Virus record (IMG/VR): IMGVR_UViG_3300032116_000004
Span: 1-64,000 of that record
Length of the DNA stretch: 64,000 nt
Strand: one strand, 5' to 3'
Made by a program: the position numbers and the translations under genes. The notes beneath the pieces are model-generated. The model searched no databases, had not been told where the DNA came from, and saw only the letters and a list, made by a program, of their open reading frames with translations. Positions 9,937 through 19,304 of this stretch are shown here, piece by piece (positions within the stretch are counted from its first letter, which is position 1; every line of letters begins with the position of its first letter).

Positions 9937-10571
9937 TGAAAACTTTCAAAGATTATCTCGCCGAATCTGAACAATGGATGGACAATCCGGCCGTTGGTGA
10001 TGATTTTGCTATCAACATCCAAGAAGATTGCTTGATCGAAAGCCATATCATTGGCGTGGAAGAAGATAGACTGTGCATCGAAGCCGACGCCAAACTGATC
10101 AGCATACTGGAAAGTTATGGATACACTGTAGAAGATACCTGCTCTGAATGCATGCAGGAAGCATGCTCTTGCAAAGACATGGAAGAGTCCATGAGCGTAG
10201 ATGATACTTTGGTCAGCGAAGATCCCACACAAGAAGAACCTGCTTCGGACAGCCAACCTGGTGCACCCGACGGCACAGCCGCCGATGACCCCATTGGTGA
10301 AGCTGAATATCAAGGTCGCAAAGTTCCCCTGGGCAAACCCATGCGTGGCGACGTCAAGAAATTCAAAGTATATGTCCGTGATCCCAGTTCGGGCAATATC
10401 AAGAAAGTAAACTTTGGTCATGGTGGAACATCAGCCAAACGGTTGGGTCAAAAGACCATGAAGATCAAGAAGTCCAATCCTGCACGTCGCCGATCATTCC
10501 GTGCCCGACACAACTGCGACAATCCGGGACCAAGAACAAAGGCAAGATATTGGTCTTGCCGTGCGTGGTAA
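9933..10571 (+). CDS. putative internal head protein with basic Cys/His C-terminal domain
   Basis: MKTFKDYLAES N-terminus; C-terminal KKFKVYV..KKVNFG..RRRSFRARHNC..KARYWSC domain. Confidence 0.65.
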   Translation: MMKTFKDYLAESEQWMDNPAVGDDFAINIQEDCLIESHIIGVEEDRLCIEADAKLISILESYGYTVEDTCSECMQEACSCKDMEESMSVDDTLVSEDPTQEEPASDSQPGAPDGTAADDPIGEAEYQGRKVPLGKPMRGDVKKFKVYVRDPSSGNIKKVNFGHGGTSAKRLGQKTMKIKKSNPARRRSFRARHNCDNPGPRTKARYWSCRAW

Positions 10572-10586
10572 TAAGGAAAAACAACA

Positions 10587-10865
10587 ATGGCCGCAAACGT
10601 CTACACCAGTCTAGCAAACGCTACAGTCTACTCAGATAAACTGCAGATCGCCACCGGGGCTAACACCGTGACATATCAAGCCTATGCCACAGCACTCGGC
10701 AGTGCGGCTGCGGTAGGCAATATCTATTCAGCACCTATCAGCATACCGGCTAATACTGTGTTTGAAGTCTATGCTGGTGCTGGTAACAAGGTGACCGTTA
10801 CCGGAACACCTTTTACTGCTTTGGAACTAGGCACAGCGAGCTCAGCACAAGAAAGCGTGTTCTAA
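10587..10865 (+). CDS. hypothetical protein (small, Ala/Thr-rich, probably structural)
   Basis: AAGGA RBS; 92 aa beta-type composition. Confidence 0.7.
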   Translation: MAANVYTSLANATVYSDKLQIATGANTVTYQAYATALGSAAAVGNIYSAPISIPANTVFEVYAGAGNKVTVTGTPFTALELGTASSAQESVF

Positions 10866-10874
10866 GGAGCAATC

Positions 10875-11246
10875 GTGCGAGCACGCGAATTTATCGTTGA
10901 AAGTCCAGAAGGTAAGATGACCAAGCGACAGAGATGGAGCACTCGTGGTGTTCATCGTTTCAAAGATGCCGATGGTCGCGATCGCTACTACGAACTGAAT
11001 CGAGTGATGATGGCCGTGGCCTCAGCAGATGGTGTAAATCCTATAGATATCCCCAGTGCATCGTGGGCACACAATTACGACATCGCTTTTCCTTATACTG
11101 AAGAAGAAGCGGCCATGCTTCGGCAGGCCTACGATGCAGTAGGCAGCATACACCATGATCTAAACAACGGCGACATGCGCAGCCAAGAAGCACCCGGTGG
11201 TAACCCAAAGAGTCCCATCAAAGGTTTCCGAGGATATCCTCGATGA
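10875..11246 (+). CDS. hypothetical protein (paralog 1, MRAREF...FRGYPR)
   Basis: AAGGAG RBS, GTG start; shares both termini with the next gene. Confidence 0.7.
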   Translation: MRAREFIVESPEGKMTKRQRWSTRGVHRFKDADGRDRYYELNRVMMAVASADGVNPIDIPSASWAHNYDIAFPYTEEEAAMLRQAYDAVGSIHHDLNNGDMRSQEAPGGNPKSPIKGFRGYPR

Positions 11247-11647
11247 GAGCCCGAGAGTTTGTCGCTGAGCAAAAAACATTGGCGCCAGAACAAGAGTCTC
11301 CCATGCAACACACCTACGTGATCCCTGGATTGTCAGCATCAGATCCTTACAACAACTACAGATTCATGGTGGCCATCGCCCGTGCTCGTGCTGACTACGC
11401 TTCTGCACTGAATCCACAGAACAATGGCATCGATCCGTTCAAACCTGAATGGAGTTCAGAAACAGCATTTGGCGAACACGGAGTGATCGCAGGCATGAAC
11501 GCAGGCATAAAGCCCGTGATTGACCGTGCGTTGAAAATGACCAACACGCCAGGTGGCAAAAAATTAGTGACTTCAGAGAAGAGCCAGGAGCCCAGCACTA
11601 CCAATGCTACCAGCCCTATAAAAAGTTTCAGAGGATATCCTAGATAA
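11243..11647 (+). CDS. hypothetical protein (paralog 2, MRAREF...FRGYPR)
   Basis: ATGA coupling; tandem paralog. Confidence 0.7.
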   Translation: MRAREFVAEQKTLAPEQESPMQHTYVIPGLSASDPYNNYRFMVAIARARADYASALNPQNNGIDPFKPEWSSETAFGEHGVIAGMNAGIKPVIDRALKMTNTPGGKKLVTSEKSQEPSTTNATSPIKSFRGYPR

Positions 11648-12282
11648 TGGCCAGCCCGCCACCACCCTACAGCGACATAACCGGCATCAGCCGGGCGGCC
11701 ATGAAGGACAATGCCCAGGTCACTGTGGGCCAATACAATGGCAATGCAAGGCCAGCAGAACTGGTAGTAGAACAAAACGCCCTGAACTTGTATGCTGGTG
11801 ACAACAACGGCAATCTGGTGTTGTTGGCCAATGCCAATGCCACCAAGTTCTACGGATCGTTCTACGATACCACCAATCAGAACAACGACACTGGCAATGT
11901 CAACTACATGCAGTTCAACACCACCTCCAGCAACAATCATGTGAGCATAGTCAGTGGCGATGAAATCACTGTGGATTTTGCCGGTGTTTATGACATCCAA
12001 TTCAGCGCACAATTCCTGCAAACTGGTGGCGGCACACACAACATGGAAATATGGCTGGAAAAAAATGGCAACACTGTGCCAGACTCTGGTGGCGTCACCA
12101 CCTTTACAGGCAACAATAACAAAGTGGTCGTTGGTTGGAACTATGTGGAGTCCTTGGCAGCCGGTGACCATGTAAAGTTGGCCTGGTGGAGTAGTTTTGC
12201 TGGCATTGATATTGTGGCACTGGCCAGTGAAGGTCCAGGCCCTGTGGTACCCAGCGTCATAGTGACTGTGGTACAAGTTTAG
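11647..12282 (+). CDS. putative structural fibre/decoration protein with C1q/BclA-like C-terminal jelly roll
   Basis: TAATG coupling; YGSFYDTT..Q, ITV..AGVYDIQFSAQ, L.AGD.V.L pattern. Confidence 0.55.
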   Translation: MASPPPPYSDITGISRAAMKDNAQVTVGQYNGNARPAELVVEQNALNLYAGDNNGNLVLLANANATKFYGSFYDTTNQNNDTGNVNYMQFNTTSSNNHVSIVSGDEITVDFAGVYDIQFSAQFLQTGGGTHNMEIWLEKNGNTVPDSGGVTTFTGNNNKVVVGWNYVESLAAGDHVKLAWWSSFAGIDIVALASEGPGPVVPSVIVTVVQV

Positions 12283-12322
12283 CCACTTTGTTGCGCTACC
12301 AGCCCTAGCTAAATAGTATATT

Positions 12323-13945
12323 ATGGCCTATCCAAATCCAGCTAACGTAGCACCGTGGTATCTACGTAACATAACGCAGGCCCTGGAGCTGGACGAGGCC
12401 ACCGGCAACGTATTTGTCCGCACCAACGCTGTGCTAGTTGGCAATGTGTCAGTGGGCAATATAAGCATTGGCGCACTGGGTAATATCGATCTCACAGGCA
12501 ACACCATGCCCATATCGGGCAATGTCACTGTTTTCCAGGGCACCACACCTTGGGTGATCTCAGGCAACACCAATGTCGCTATAACGTCGGGCAATGTGGG
12601 CATAACCGGAAACATCGCGGGTATCACTGCCAACGTCACTGTGGTTGATGGTGGTGGAAGCATAACCATAGATGGCAATGTGGGCATCACTGGCACGGCC
12701 AATGTGGTGCTGGCTGATGACGCCAATGTAGTGATATCTGGGTTTGGCGGAGCCACTGCCGATGCGTTTGGGCGTCTGCGTGTGTCTGAACCTGTTAGCC
12801 TGTTTGAAACTCAGGCTCGCTACTACGATCATGGCCAGTTTGCTAACTCCATATCTGGCACTGGCAACGTGGTATATGTAGCCGCTCAGAGTTCCTATCA
12901 GCTCAACGTGGGCACAGCGTCGGGCGATTCAGTGCTGAGAGAAACGCTGAAGCCATTTCCTTACCAGCCTGGCAAGAGCCAACTCACACTGAACACATTT
13001 TGTTTTAACACACCAAAGACAAATCTCCGCCAGCGTGTGGGCTTGTTTGATGCCAACGACGGTGTGTATTTTGAAAACGATGGATCCTACAACTACATGG
13101 TCATACGTTCAGGATCCACTGGAGTGGAAGAGCGTATCAGACAAGATGCCTGGAATGTCGATCAACTCAATGGCACAGGACCTGTGACCAATCCGTCTGG
13201 TATCACGCTGTATCCTGATCGAACACAGATCTTTTTTGCTGATGTGGAGTGGCTGGGCGTGGGCTCAGTGCGTGTGGGCTTTGTCATCAACGGTGCGTAT
13301 ATTATCTGTCATTCATTTCCTCATGCCAATCAACCGGGCAACACCAAGGTCTACATGACCACGGCCACCTTGCCCATACGCTATGAAATAACCAACACTG
13401 GCGCTGTCGCCGGCACCAGCATGATGACACAGATCTGTAGCACAGTGATCTCTGAAGGTGGATTCCAACTGAGTGGATCAGGCAATCCCAGAGCCGCCAG
13501 TCATGCCATAGGCACTCCGGTTCGCTTGCCCAATGATCAGACTTTTAAACCCGTTATCGCTATCCGACTCAAGAGCACCAATCTCAATGCCGTGGTTATA
13601 CCCATAAACTACAGCCTGGTACCTGTGGCTGCCAGCATATTCCAGTTCCGAATCTATAAAAAAGCCATCACATCAGGTGGCTCATGGACGGATTCAGCTG
13701 TAGACAGTTCAGTGCAATACAACCTCGCTCCCACAGCCTTGGTGTCAGGCGACATCGCTGAACAGTCATTCATAAACTCAACCAACCAGAGCACAGGTTC
13801 TCCCACGCAAGAAACATTTACTTTTGAATATCAGCTGGAGCGAGAGCCTTTTACTGGCACACCATACGAGTATGTGATTACCATGGCCACCACCGGCACC
13901 AATCAAGACGTCTATGCCAGTGTGGAATGGCAAGAAATAACATAA
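12323..13945 (+). CDS. putative virion structural protein with GN(V/I) repeat stalk and globular C-terminal domain
   Basis: Repeated GNV/GNI units, then DAFGRLRVS, YQPGKS, WLGVG.VR.GF, LPIRYEI; TAAATA 7 nt before ATG. Confidence 0.6.
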   Translation: MAYPNPANVAPWYLRNITQALELDEATGNVFVRTNAVLVGNVSVGNISIGALGNIDLTGNTMPISGNVTVFQGTTPWVISGNTNVAITSGNVGITGNIAGITANVTVVDGGGSITIDGNVGITGTANVVLADDANVVISGFGGATADAFGRLRVSEPVSLFETQARYYDHGQFANSISGTGNVVYVAAQSSYQLNVGTASGDSVLRETLKPFPYQPGKSQLTLNTFCFNTPKTNLRQRVGLFDANDGVYFENDGSYNYMVIRSGSTGVEERIRQDAWNVDQLNGTGPVTNPSGITLYPDRTQIFFADVEWLGVGSVRVGFVINGAYIICHSFPHANQPGNTKVYMTTATLPIRYEITNTGAVAGTSMMTQICSTVISEGGFQLSGSGNPRAASHAIGTPVRLPNDQTFKPVIAIRLKSTNLNAVVIPINYSLVPVAASIFQFRIYKKAITSGGSWTDSAVDSSVQYNLAPTALVSGDIAEQSFINSTNQSTGSPTQETFTFEYQLEREPFTGTPYEYVITMATTGTNQDVYASVEWQEIT

Positions 13946-13956
13946 AGGATATCAAG

Positions 13957-14397
13957 ATGAAACTCTACGTTTTTTTAGCACTGCTCATAGCCATAGCAGT
14001 TCCAGCCTTGGCACAAAAAGCACCACAAGGCGTTACCTATGACGCACAAATACTAAGGGTCAGCGACGGCGACACTATTGTTATCAGTGCGCCGTTTCTT
14101 CCTCGACCGCTCAAGCCAGAACTTGCTGTCCGCATCTATGGTGTTGACACTCCAGAAAAAGGACACCGATCTCAGTGCCCCAGCGAAGCACAACGTGGTG
14201 AAGCTGCCAGTGCCTTTACCAAACAAGCAGTTGCATCAACACAAAAGCACCAAGTCACACTCTATGCCTGGGACAAGTTCGGTGGTCGTGTTCTGGGAGA
14301 TATCATACTGAATGGTGTGAGCCTACGTGCTGAATTGATTAAAAATGGATTCGCCAGAGAATACTACGGTGACGCCAAGCAGTCGTGGTGTCAGTAG
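13957..14397 (+). CDS. thermonuclease (SNase-like) with signal peptide
   Basis: VSDGDTI, VRIYGVDTPE, DKFGGRVLG, LIKNGFAREY; hydrophobic N-terminus ending ALA-Q. Confidence 0.88.
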   Translation: MKLYVFLALLIAIAVPALAQKAPQGVTYDAQILRVSDGDTIVISAPFLPRPLKPELAVRIYGVDTPEKGHRSQCPSEAQRGEAASAFTKQAVASTQKHQVTLYAWDKFGGRVLGDIILNGVSLRAELIKNGFAREYYGDAKQSWCQ

Positions 14398-14927
14398 GTT
14401 CGTATCTGTTCTTCTTTGAGGCCCAGATACAGATGCCACGAAGGATGCCGCACCCCTCGATAAGTGCTCTTCACTGAATCTACCAACTTCCAGTAGTTAG
14501 GCTTGTAAGGAGTTTTGTTTGGCCTCCACACCTTGTTGCCTTTGTTGGAGTTGCAGGTCTTGCAACAGGTCACGCAGTTTTCCCAAGAAGTGATGCCACC
14601 TTGTGCTCTGGGCAACACATGGTCTATGGTTAGATGTCTTGCGCCCAAGGTGTCATTGCAATATTGGCAAGTAAACAGATCACGCAGATAGAGATTCTGG
14701 CGGCTGAAACGCATACCACCATTCTTACCAAATCCTTTCTTTGTGACAGCCACAGCAGGCACACGCATTTCCAATTTGGCACTGCGCACAGTCCAATCGT
14801 CATACCATTCTAGCACTTGGATCTTGTCCAAGAAGAACAGTTTGATAGCAGTCTGCCAATCTATGGTTGACAGCGGCAAGTAGTTTACTGGTTGATAGTC
14901 TGGTGCTAATACTAACGTGTCGCTCAT
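14391..14927 (-). CDS. HNH endonuclease (McrA-like)
   Basis: LRD.FTCQYC, TIDHVLPRAQGG..SWENCVTCC..CNSNKG. Confidence 0.9.
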   Translation of the reverse strand: MSDTLVLAPDYQPVNYLPLSTIDWQTAIKLFFLDKIQVLEWYDDWTVRSAKLEMRVPAVAVTKKGFGKNGGMRFSRQNLYLRDLFTCQYCNDTLGARHLTIDHVLPRAQGGITSWENCVTCCKTCNSNKGNKVWRPNKTPYKPNYWKLVDSVKSTYRGVRHPSWHLYLGLKEEQIRTY

Positions 14928-14932
14928 AATGA

Positions 14933-14960
14933 TATTTATCGGCGTATATTTTGGTAAGTA
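14933..14960. promoter_or_regulatory. back-to-back late promoter-like motifs (TAAATA minus, TAAGTA plus)
   Basis: TATTTA 14933-14938, 5 nt from minus ATG 14927; TAAGTA 14955-14960, 5 nt from ATG 14966. Confidence 0.55.
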
Positions 14961-14965
14961 ACAGT

Positions 14966-16531
14966 ATGTCCAAGAGTCTCGAAGGCGTCCTTATCAAGCA
15001 ACCGCATCGCAGGATGCCTTACACTGAACAGCAGGTCGATGAGTTCGTGAAATGTGCGGATCCTGAATCGGGTCCTACTTACTTCATGAGTCATTTTTTC
15101 TACATACAACATCCCTTGTATGGTAAGATGCTGTATCAGCCCTATGAATTCCAAGAACGCTTGATCGAGACCTATCACAATTATAGATTCTCTATATCCA
15201 TGATGCCTAGGCAAACGGGCAAATCTACTTCGGCAGCAGGCTATCTGCTGTGGTATGCCATGTTCGTTCCGGATTCGACCATCTTGGTGGCCGCCCACAA
15301 GTATCTGGGCGCACAGGAGATCATGCAACGTGTTCGTTATGCCTATGAAGCCTGTCCAGATCATATCAGGGCAGGGGTTGTGAGTTACAACAAAGGATCT
15401 ATAGAATTTGACAATGGATCACGTATCGTCAGCCAGACCACAACAGAAAACACCGGTCGTGGTATGTCAATAACCTTGCTCTACTGCGACGAGTTTGCGT
15501 TCGTGCGCCCGGGCATAGCCAAAGAGTTTTGGACTTCCATCACACCCACGCTGTCAACTGGTGGTAAAGCCATTGTTACGTCCACGCCCAATTCAGACGA
15601 AGATCAGTTTGCGCTGATCTGGAAACTGGCCAACAAACTGGAAGATGACTACGGCAATCCCACAGAAATAGGGCAGAATGGTTTCCGGGCTTTCCGTGCA
15701 TATTGGCGCGAACATCCTGACCGTGACGATGCCTGGGCTTCACAGCAAAAAGCCATACTGGGCGAAGAACGTTTCCGCCGAGAGATGGACTGCGAATTCA
15801 TCATCGACGACGAGACCTTGATCGCTCCTACTAAACTGATCGATCTTGTGGCCACTGAACCCATCTACAAGACTGGACAGGTGCGCTGGTTCAAACCCAT
15901 AAACAAAGAGCATATCTATGTAGTAGCCCTGGACCCTAGCCTGGGCACCGGGGGAGACCCGTCGGCCATCCAGGTGTTTGATGCCAACACCACAGAACAG
16001 GTAGCCGAATGGCGGCACAACCGGACCGACATTCCCAGCCAGGTTCGCATCTTGGCCGATGTGTGCAAACACATTAATGAAACACTGCGTGATTCCAAAA
16101 GCATCTATTTTACAGTGGAGAACAATACCATTGGCGAAGCTGCCTTGATATCCATAGCAGAATATGGCGAAGAAAACATCCAGGGCTATTTCCTCAGCGA
16201 TCCCAGCAGTGGCGGCGGACGCAGATATCGCAAAGGATTCAACACCACCAACAAGCCCAAACTGGCGGCCTGCGCCAAACTGAAAAATCTCATTGAAACT
16301 GGTAGGATGCGCATTAATTCTGCCAGCCTCATCACTGAACTCAAGAACTTCATAGCGCACGGTGCCAGTTACGCGGCCAAAGTAGGCGAAACCGATGATC
16401 TTGTCATGGCCACGCTGTTGGCTGTGCGCATGATGCAACTGCTCCAGAGTTATCATCAAGAACTGGACACACAACTGCGTGATCATTCGGATACCATCAT
16501 AGAACCCATGCCCTTCATAGCCGTGTTCTAA
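14966..16531 (+). CDS. terminase large subunit (gp17-like)
   Basis: PRQTGKS Walker A, LLYCDEFA Walker B, TSTPN, ALDPSLG and DDLVMA nuclease motifs. Confidence 0.95.
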   Translation: MSKSLEGVLIKQPHRRMPYTEQQVDEFVKCADPESGPTYFMSHFFYIQHPLYGKMLYQPYEFQERLIETYHNYRFSISMMPRQTGKSTSAAGYLLWYAMFVPDSTILVAAHKYLGAQEIMQRVRYAYEACPDHIRAGVVSYNKGSIEFDNGSRIVSQTTTENTGRGMSITLLYCDEFAFVRPGIAKEFWTSITPTLSTGGKAIVTSTPNSDEDQFALIWKLANKLEDDYGNPTEIGQNGFRAFRAYWREHPDRDDAWASQQKAILGEERFRREMDCEFIIDDETLIAPTKLIDLVATEPIYKTGQVRWFKPINKEHIYVVALDPSLGTGGDPSAIQVFDANTTEQVAEWRHNRTDIPSQVRILADVCKHINETLRDSKSIYFTVENNTIGEAALISIAEYGEENIQGYFLSDPSSGGGRRYRKGFNTTNKPKLAACAKLKNLIETGRMRINSASLITELKNFIAHGASYAAKVGETDDLVMATLLAVRMMQLLQSYHQELDTQLRDHSDTIIEPMPFIAVF

Positions 16532-16544
16532 TAAATATAATACC

Positions 16545-18056
16545 ATGAGCGATAAAAACACACCCGCACGCCAACTATATGACCTGCTCGTAGCGCAGGA
16601 TTTTGAACCCGAAGCCCTGGACAGCCAAGGCAAACCCGCCGCTGATCCTGCTGATGCAGACATCATCAGTTTTGACTATGCCACTCCTGAAAAGGACTAT
16701 GGCACTGTGGTAGTGGCCCTGGACGGTGAAAACAACCTGGACATGTATTTTGGAGACAACATGGCACGAGCCATGGAAGGCAATGATCGTGGCGACTGGT
16801 ATGATTTCCTGTATCTGGTTCGCATGTTCGCCAAACGCAATCTGCTCACGTTTAACGTAAAAAATCTCAGCAGACTCAAATACAACATGAAGACCATGGC
16901 TGCCGTCAAAGAAAGCCTGTTTGAAGGCTACTATGGCAACCGCAAGATTTCCTACTCAGATCAACCCAATCGCGCACGGCTTGTGATCAAACACAACAAA
17001 ACCTTGGGTGAAGGTGATGCACGTTTCCGCCATATCGAAAGCCTCTATGTAGAGAATGCCGAAGGTGAACGTTTCCGTGTGCCCAGCCGCAGCCTCACAC
17101 ATGGTCGCATGCTGGCACGACACGTGGCCGAAGGTGGCACACCCTACGATGCCTTTGGCATCCACATCACAGAGATCGTGGATGAGATGAAAACGCTCAG
17201 CAACTTCGTGCGTGCGGCACGGCATCGTGACTATACCGGTGAAGCCGCGCACATGGTAGAAGCTGCCATACGCCACTACGCTGATCTCAAAGCCAAGGCC
17301 AAGAAGATGATAGGTCGCAGAGGCTATCACGAAGAACGTGACAGTTTTGATCCTGCTGAGATCACAGAGATAGACGAAGCAGTGGAGACCATACGCGAAT
17401 TGTTCGTGAAACAGACTTTGGATCCTAGAGTAGAACAGGCCTTGCCTGTGCTGGCACGACTGCAAGAACAGGATCTCCCCGAAGCCGACGAATTTGAATC
17501 ATGGACTGACCGTGTGATGGAAGGCACCTGGGCCATACCAGAGACTCCTGAGCAGGTAAAAAAATTACAGATCTTGATGAGCAAAGATCTCATCGTGGGA
17601 CCTGATGCTTCCAATGCCACAGAACAACTGTATGACATCATTGGCGACGACGAACTGTTTGACATCTTGGAAGACATGGCCATGACCAACCCTGACGCCA
17701 ATGTGTGGGACGATCCTCGTGTGCAAAAAAGATTGGAACAGTTGGGCATACCAGGTATGGATGCCATAGACCTTGATGCAGTCAAAGAAGGACAGGTAAA
17801 AAGATTGGCCATGGGCGACATCTCTGCAGAACCAGATGCTCAAGGACCCTATGATGTGATACGCAGGCGTGATGGTATCGAATCCGGCCTACATCAATAT
17901 GGCAATCGTGAGCAGGCCCGGAAACACGCACAGAATCTCAAGAACAAATACCCCAGCATGGAAGTGGGCATCAGACCCGCTGGTCAACGAACCGAATATA
18001 TAGGCATCAAAGAAAGCCAAGGGCTAGATAGATTATTGAATCTAGCTCGGTCATGA
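16545..18056 (+). CDS. hypothetical protein (probable head-associated)
   Basis: 503-aa ORF; TAAATA 7 nt before ATG; internal LFEG/VMEG/VKEG/IKES motifs. Confidence 0.7.
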   Translation: MSDKNTPARQLYDLLVAQDFEPEALDSQGKPAADPADADIISFDYATPEKDYGTVVVALDGENNLDMYFGDNMARAMEGNDRGDWYDFLYLVRMFAKRNLLTFNVKNLSRLKYNMKTMAAVKESLFEGYYGNRKISYSDQPNRARLVIKHNKTLGEGDARFRHIESLYVENAEGERFRVPSRSLTHGRMLARHVAEGGTPYDAFGIHITEIVDEMKTLSNFVRAARHRDYTGEAAHMVEAAIRHYADLKAKAKKMIGRRGYHEERDSFDPAEITEIDEAVETIRELFVKQTLDPRVEQALPVLARLQEQDLPEADEFESWTDRVMEGTWAIPETPEQVKKLQILMSKDLIVGPDASNATEQLYDIIGDDELFDILEDMAMTNPDANVWDDPRVQKRLEQLGIPGMDAIDLDAVKEGQVKRLAMGDISAEPDAQGPYDVIRRRDGIESGLHQYGNREQARKHAQNLKNKYPSMEVGIRPAGQRTEYIGIKESQGLDRLLNLARS

Positions 18057-18616
18057 ACGCTGTCCGGATCAATCAGCAACTGTGGACGGCCAAAGATTTC
18101 TTTGAACCCGATCAATGGCGATCGATCAAACTGGCATATAGACGATCTCGCGTGCCATTTTCCATGCAGTATGACGACCGTTTGCTCACACCATGGTCAG
18201 ACACTCCCGAATTACAACAGATAGTAGAAGCCAACACTGAACGTGTGAGCCAACTGGTCGGCCGGCCTCTGGCACCGCAAGTGGCCTATGTCAGCATCGA
18301 TCTAGCCGGCAGTTCCATAATGATGCACAGGCTACATCCTGACATCTTGGTGCAGGTGCAGATTGGCATGGGCGAAGAATCCGACTGCCGTATGGCATTC
18401 TGTTTCTGTCATGACAGCCAGGTCAATGCGGAAAGCGAACTAGACTATCAGCCTATGCGCCGGCTCACTAGACACGATGTTGATGTGGTCAATTATGAAC
18501 CCAATCTAGCCAGCATCTATGTCAATGAACCTCGTGGATTCTGTGGCATGCTGTCCTGCGTGCCGGGCAACACAGTGAGAGAAGTGCTGGTATTGAGTTA
18601 TACCAAATTGTATTGA
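18053..18616 (+). CDS. degenerate 2OG-Fe(II) oxygenase-like protein
   Basis: Aligns by eye with paralogs (HRLHPDILVQVQI vs HSDSPDIIVTYQVY) but lacks the HxD Asp and the distal His. Confidence 0.5.
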   Translation: MNAVRINQQLWTAKDFFEPDQWRSIKLAYRRSRVPFSMQYDDRLLTPWSDTPELQQIVEANTERVSQLVGRPLAPQVAYVSIDLAGSSIMMHRLHPDILVQVQIGMGEESDCRMAFCFCHDSQVNAESELDYQPMRRLTRHDVDVVNYEPNLASIYVNEPRGFCGMLSCVPGNTVREVLVLSYTKLY

Positions 18617-19158
18617 AATGTCACGCTGGCACGTGTGCCGATTCCAGGCAATACCCTATGAGGTTTGAGATCGGTATTGACATTGATATAACCTTTGTTA
18701 TTGGCCAACTCTAACTTGTATGGCGGATCCACATGCAAGAATTCGATACCGTGACAGGGATCCTGTTTTGAAGACCAAATGTCAACATAGACTTGATAGG
18801 TAACTATGATGTCTGGTGAATCTGAATGTGTCTGGCAGGCAAAGCCCGGCAAGTCTAGCCAAAATTTCACTATCATGAGATTGAGATCCAATCCAGAGAT
18901 CTGATTCAATGAAGGTATGATATCCAACCCTATCTGTTGTAATCGGGCATGATCCGGGCCCGGTTGCAACATCAGTCTGCGATGGGGTCGTGAAACTGCG
19001 AATTGATTTTGTTCGTTTATCACAATGTCCTGCATCCATGACAATGTTTCGGAGCAAAAACACTCATCCACAAGCCAACAGTTCGGTGCCACTGATTGCA
19101 ATTGACAGACTTGATCATATATCTTGACTTGTTGTGTAGATGTGTTATACTGTGTCAT
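18598..19158 (-). CDS. 2OG-Fe(II) oxygenase superfamily protein
   Basis: FWLD.PGF...HSD, NKGY, PHRV, RAS (HxD..H..R); start set at ATG 19158, 7 nt after TAAATA. Confidence 0.7.
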   Translation of the reverse strand: MTQYNTSTQQVKIYDQVCQLQSVAPNCWLVDECFCSETLSWMQDIVINEQNQFAVSRPHRRLMLQPGPDHARLQQIGLDIIPSLNQISGLDLNLMIVKFWLDLPGFACQTHSDSPDIIVTYQVYVDIWSSKQDPCHGIEFLHVDPPYKLELANNKGYINVNTDLKPHRVLPGIGTRASVTFQYNLV

Positions 19159-19207
19159 ATGCCGATATTTACATGCCAAAATCAATGTTCAAAAGAAAAA
19201 TCGCCTT

Positions 19208-19241
19208 TTGACATTGACATGCTAAATATCTATGCTACACT
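19208..19241 (+). promoter_or_regulatory. sigma70-like promoter(s) with nested TAAATA upstream of SSB
   Basis: TTGACA(19208)-17-TATGCT and TTGACA(19214)-16-TACACT; TAAATA 19223-19228. Confidence 0.65.
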
Positions 19242-19304
19242 CAGTAGGGTGTATGCAAGGCATATATAGGCAATTTAAAATTTCTTGAAAGGACAATTTC
19301 TATT

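Noticed and set aside
11395-12276. 293-aa minus-strand ORF
   Set aside because: Shadow of plus-strand genes; no motifs or expression signals
15740-16666. 308-aa minus-strand ORF
   Set aside because: Antisense to the terminase large subunit; codon-bias shadow
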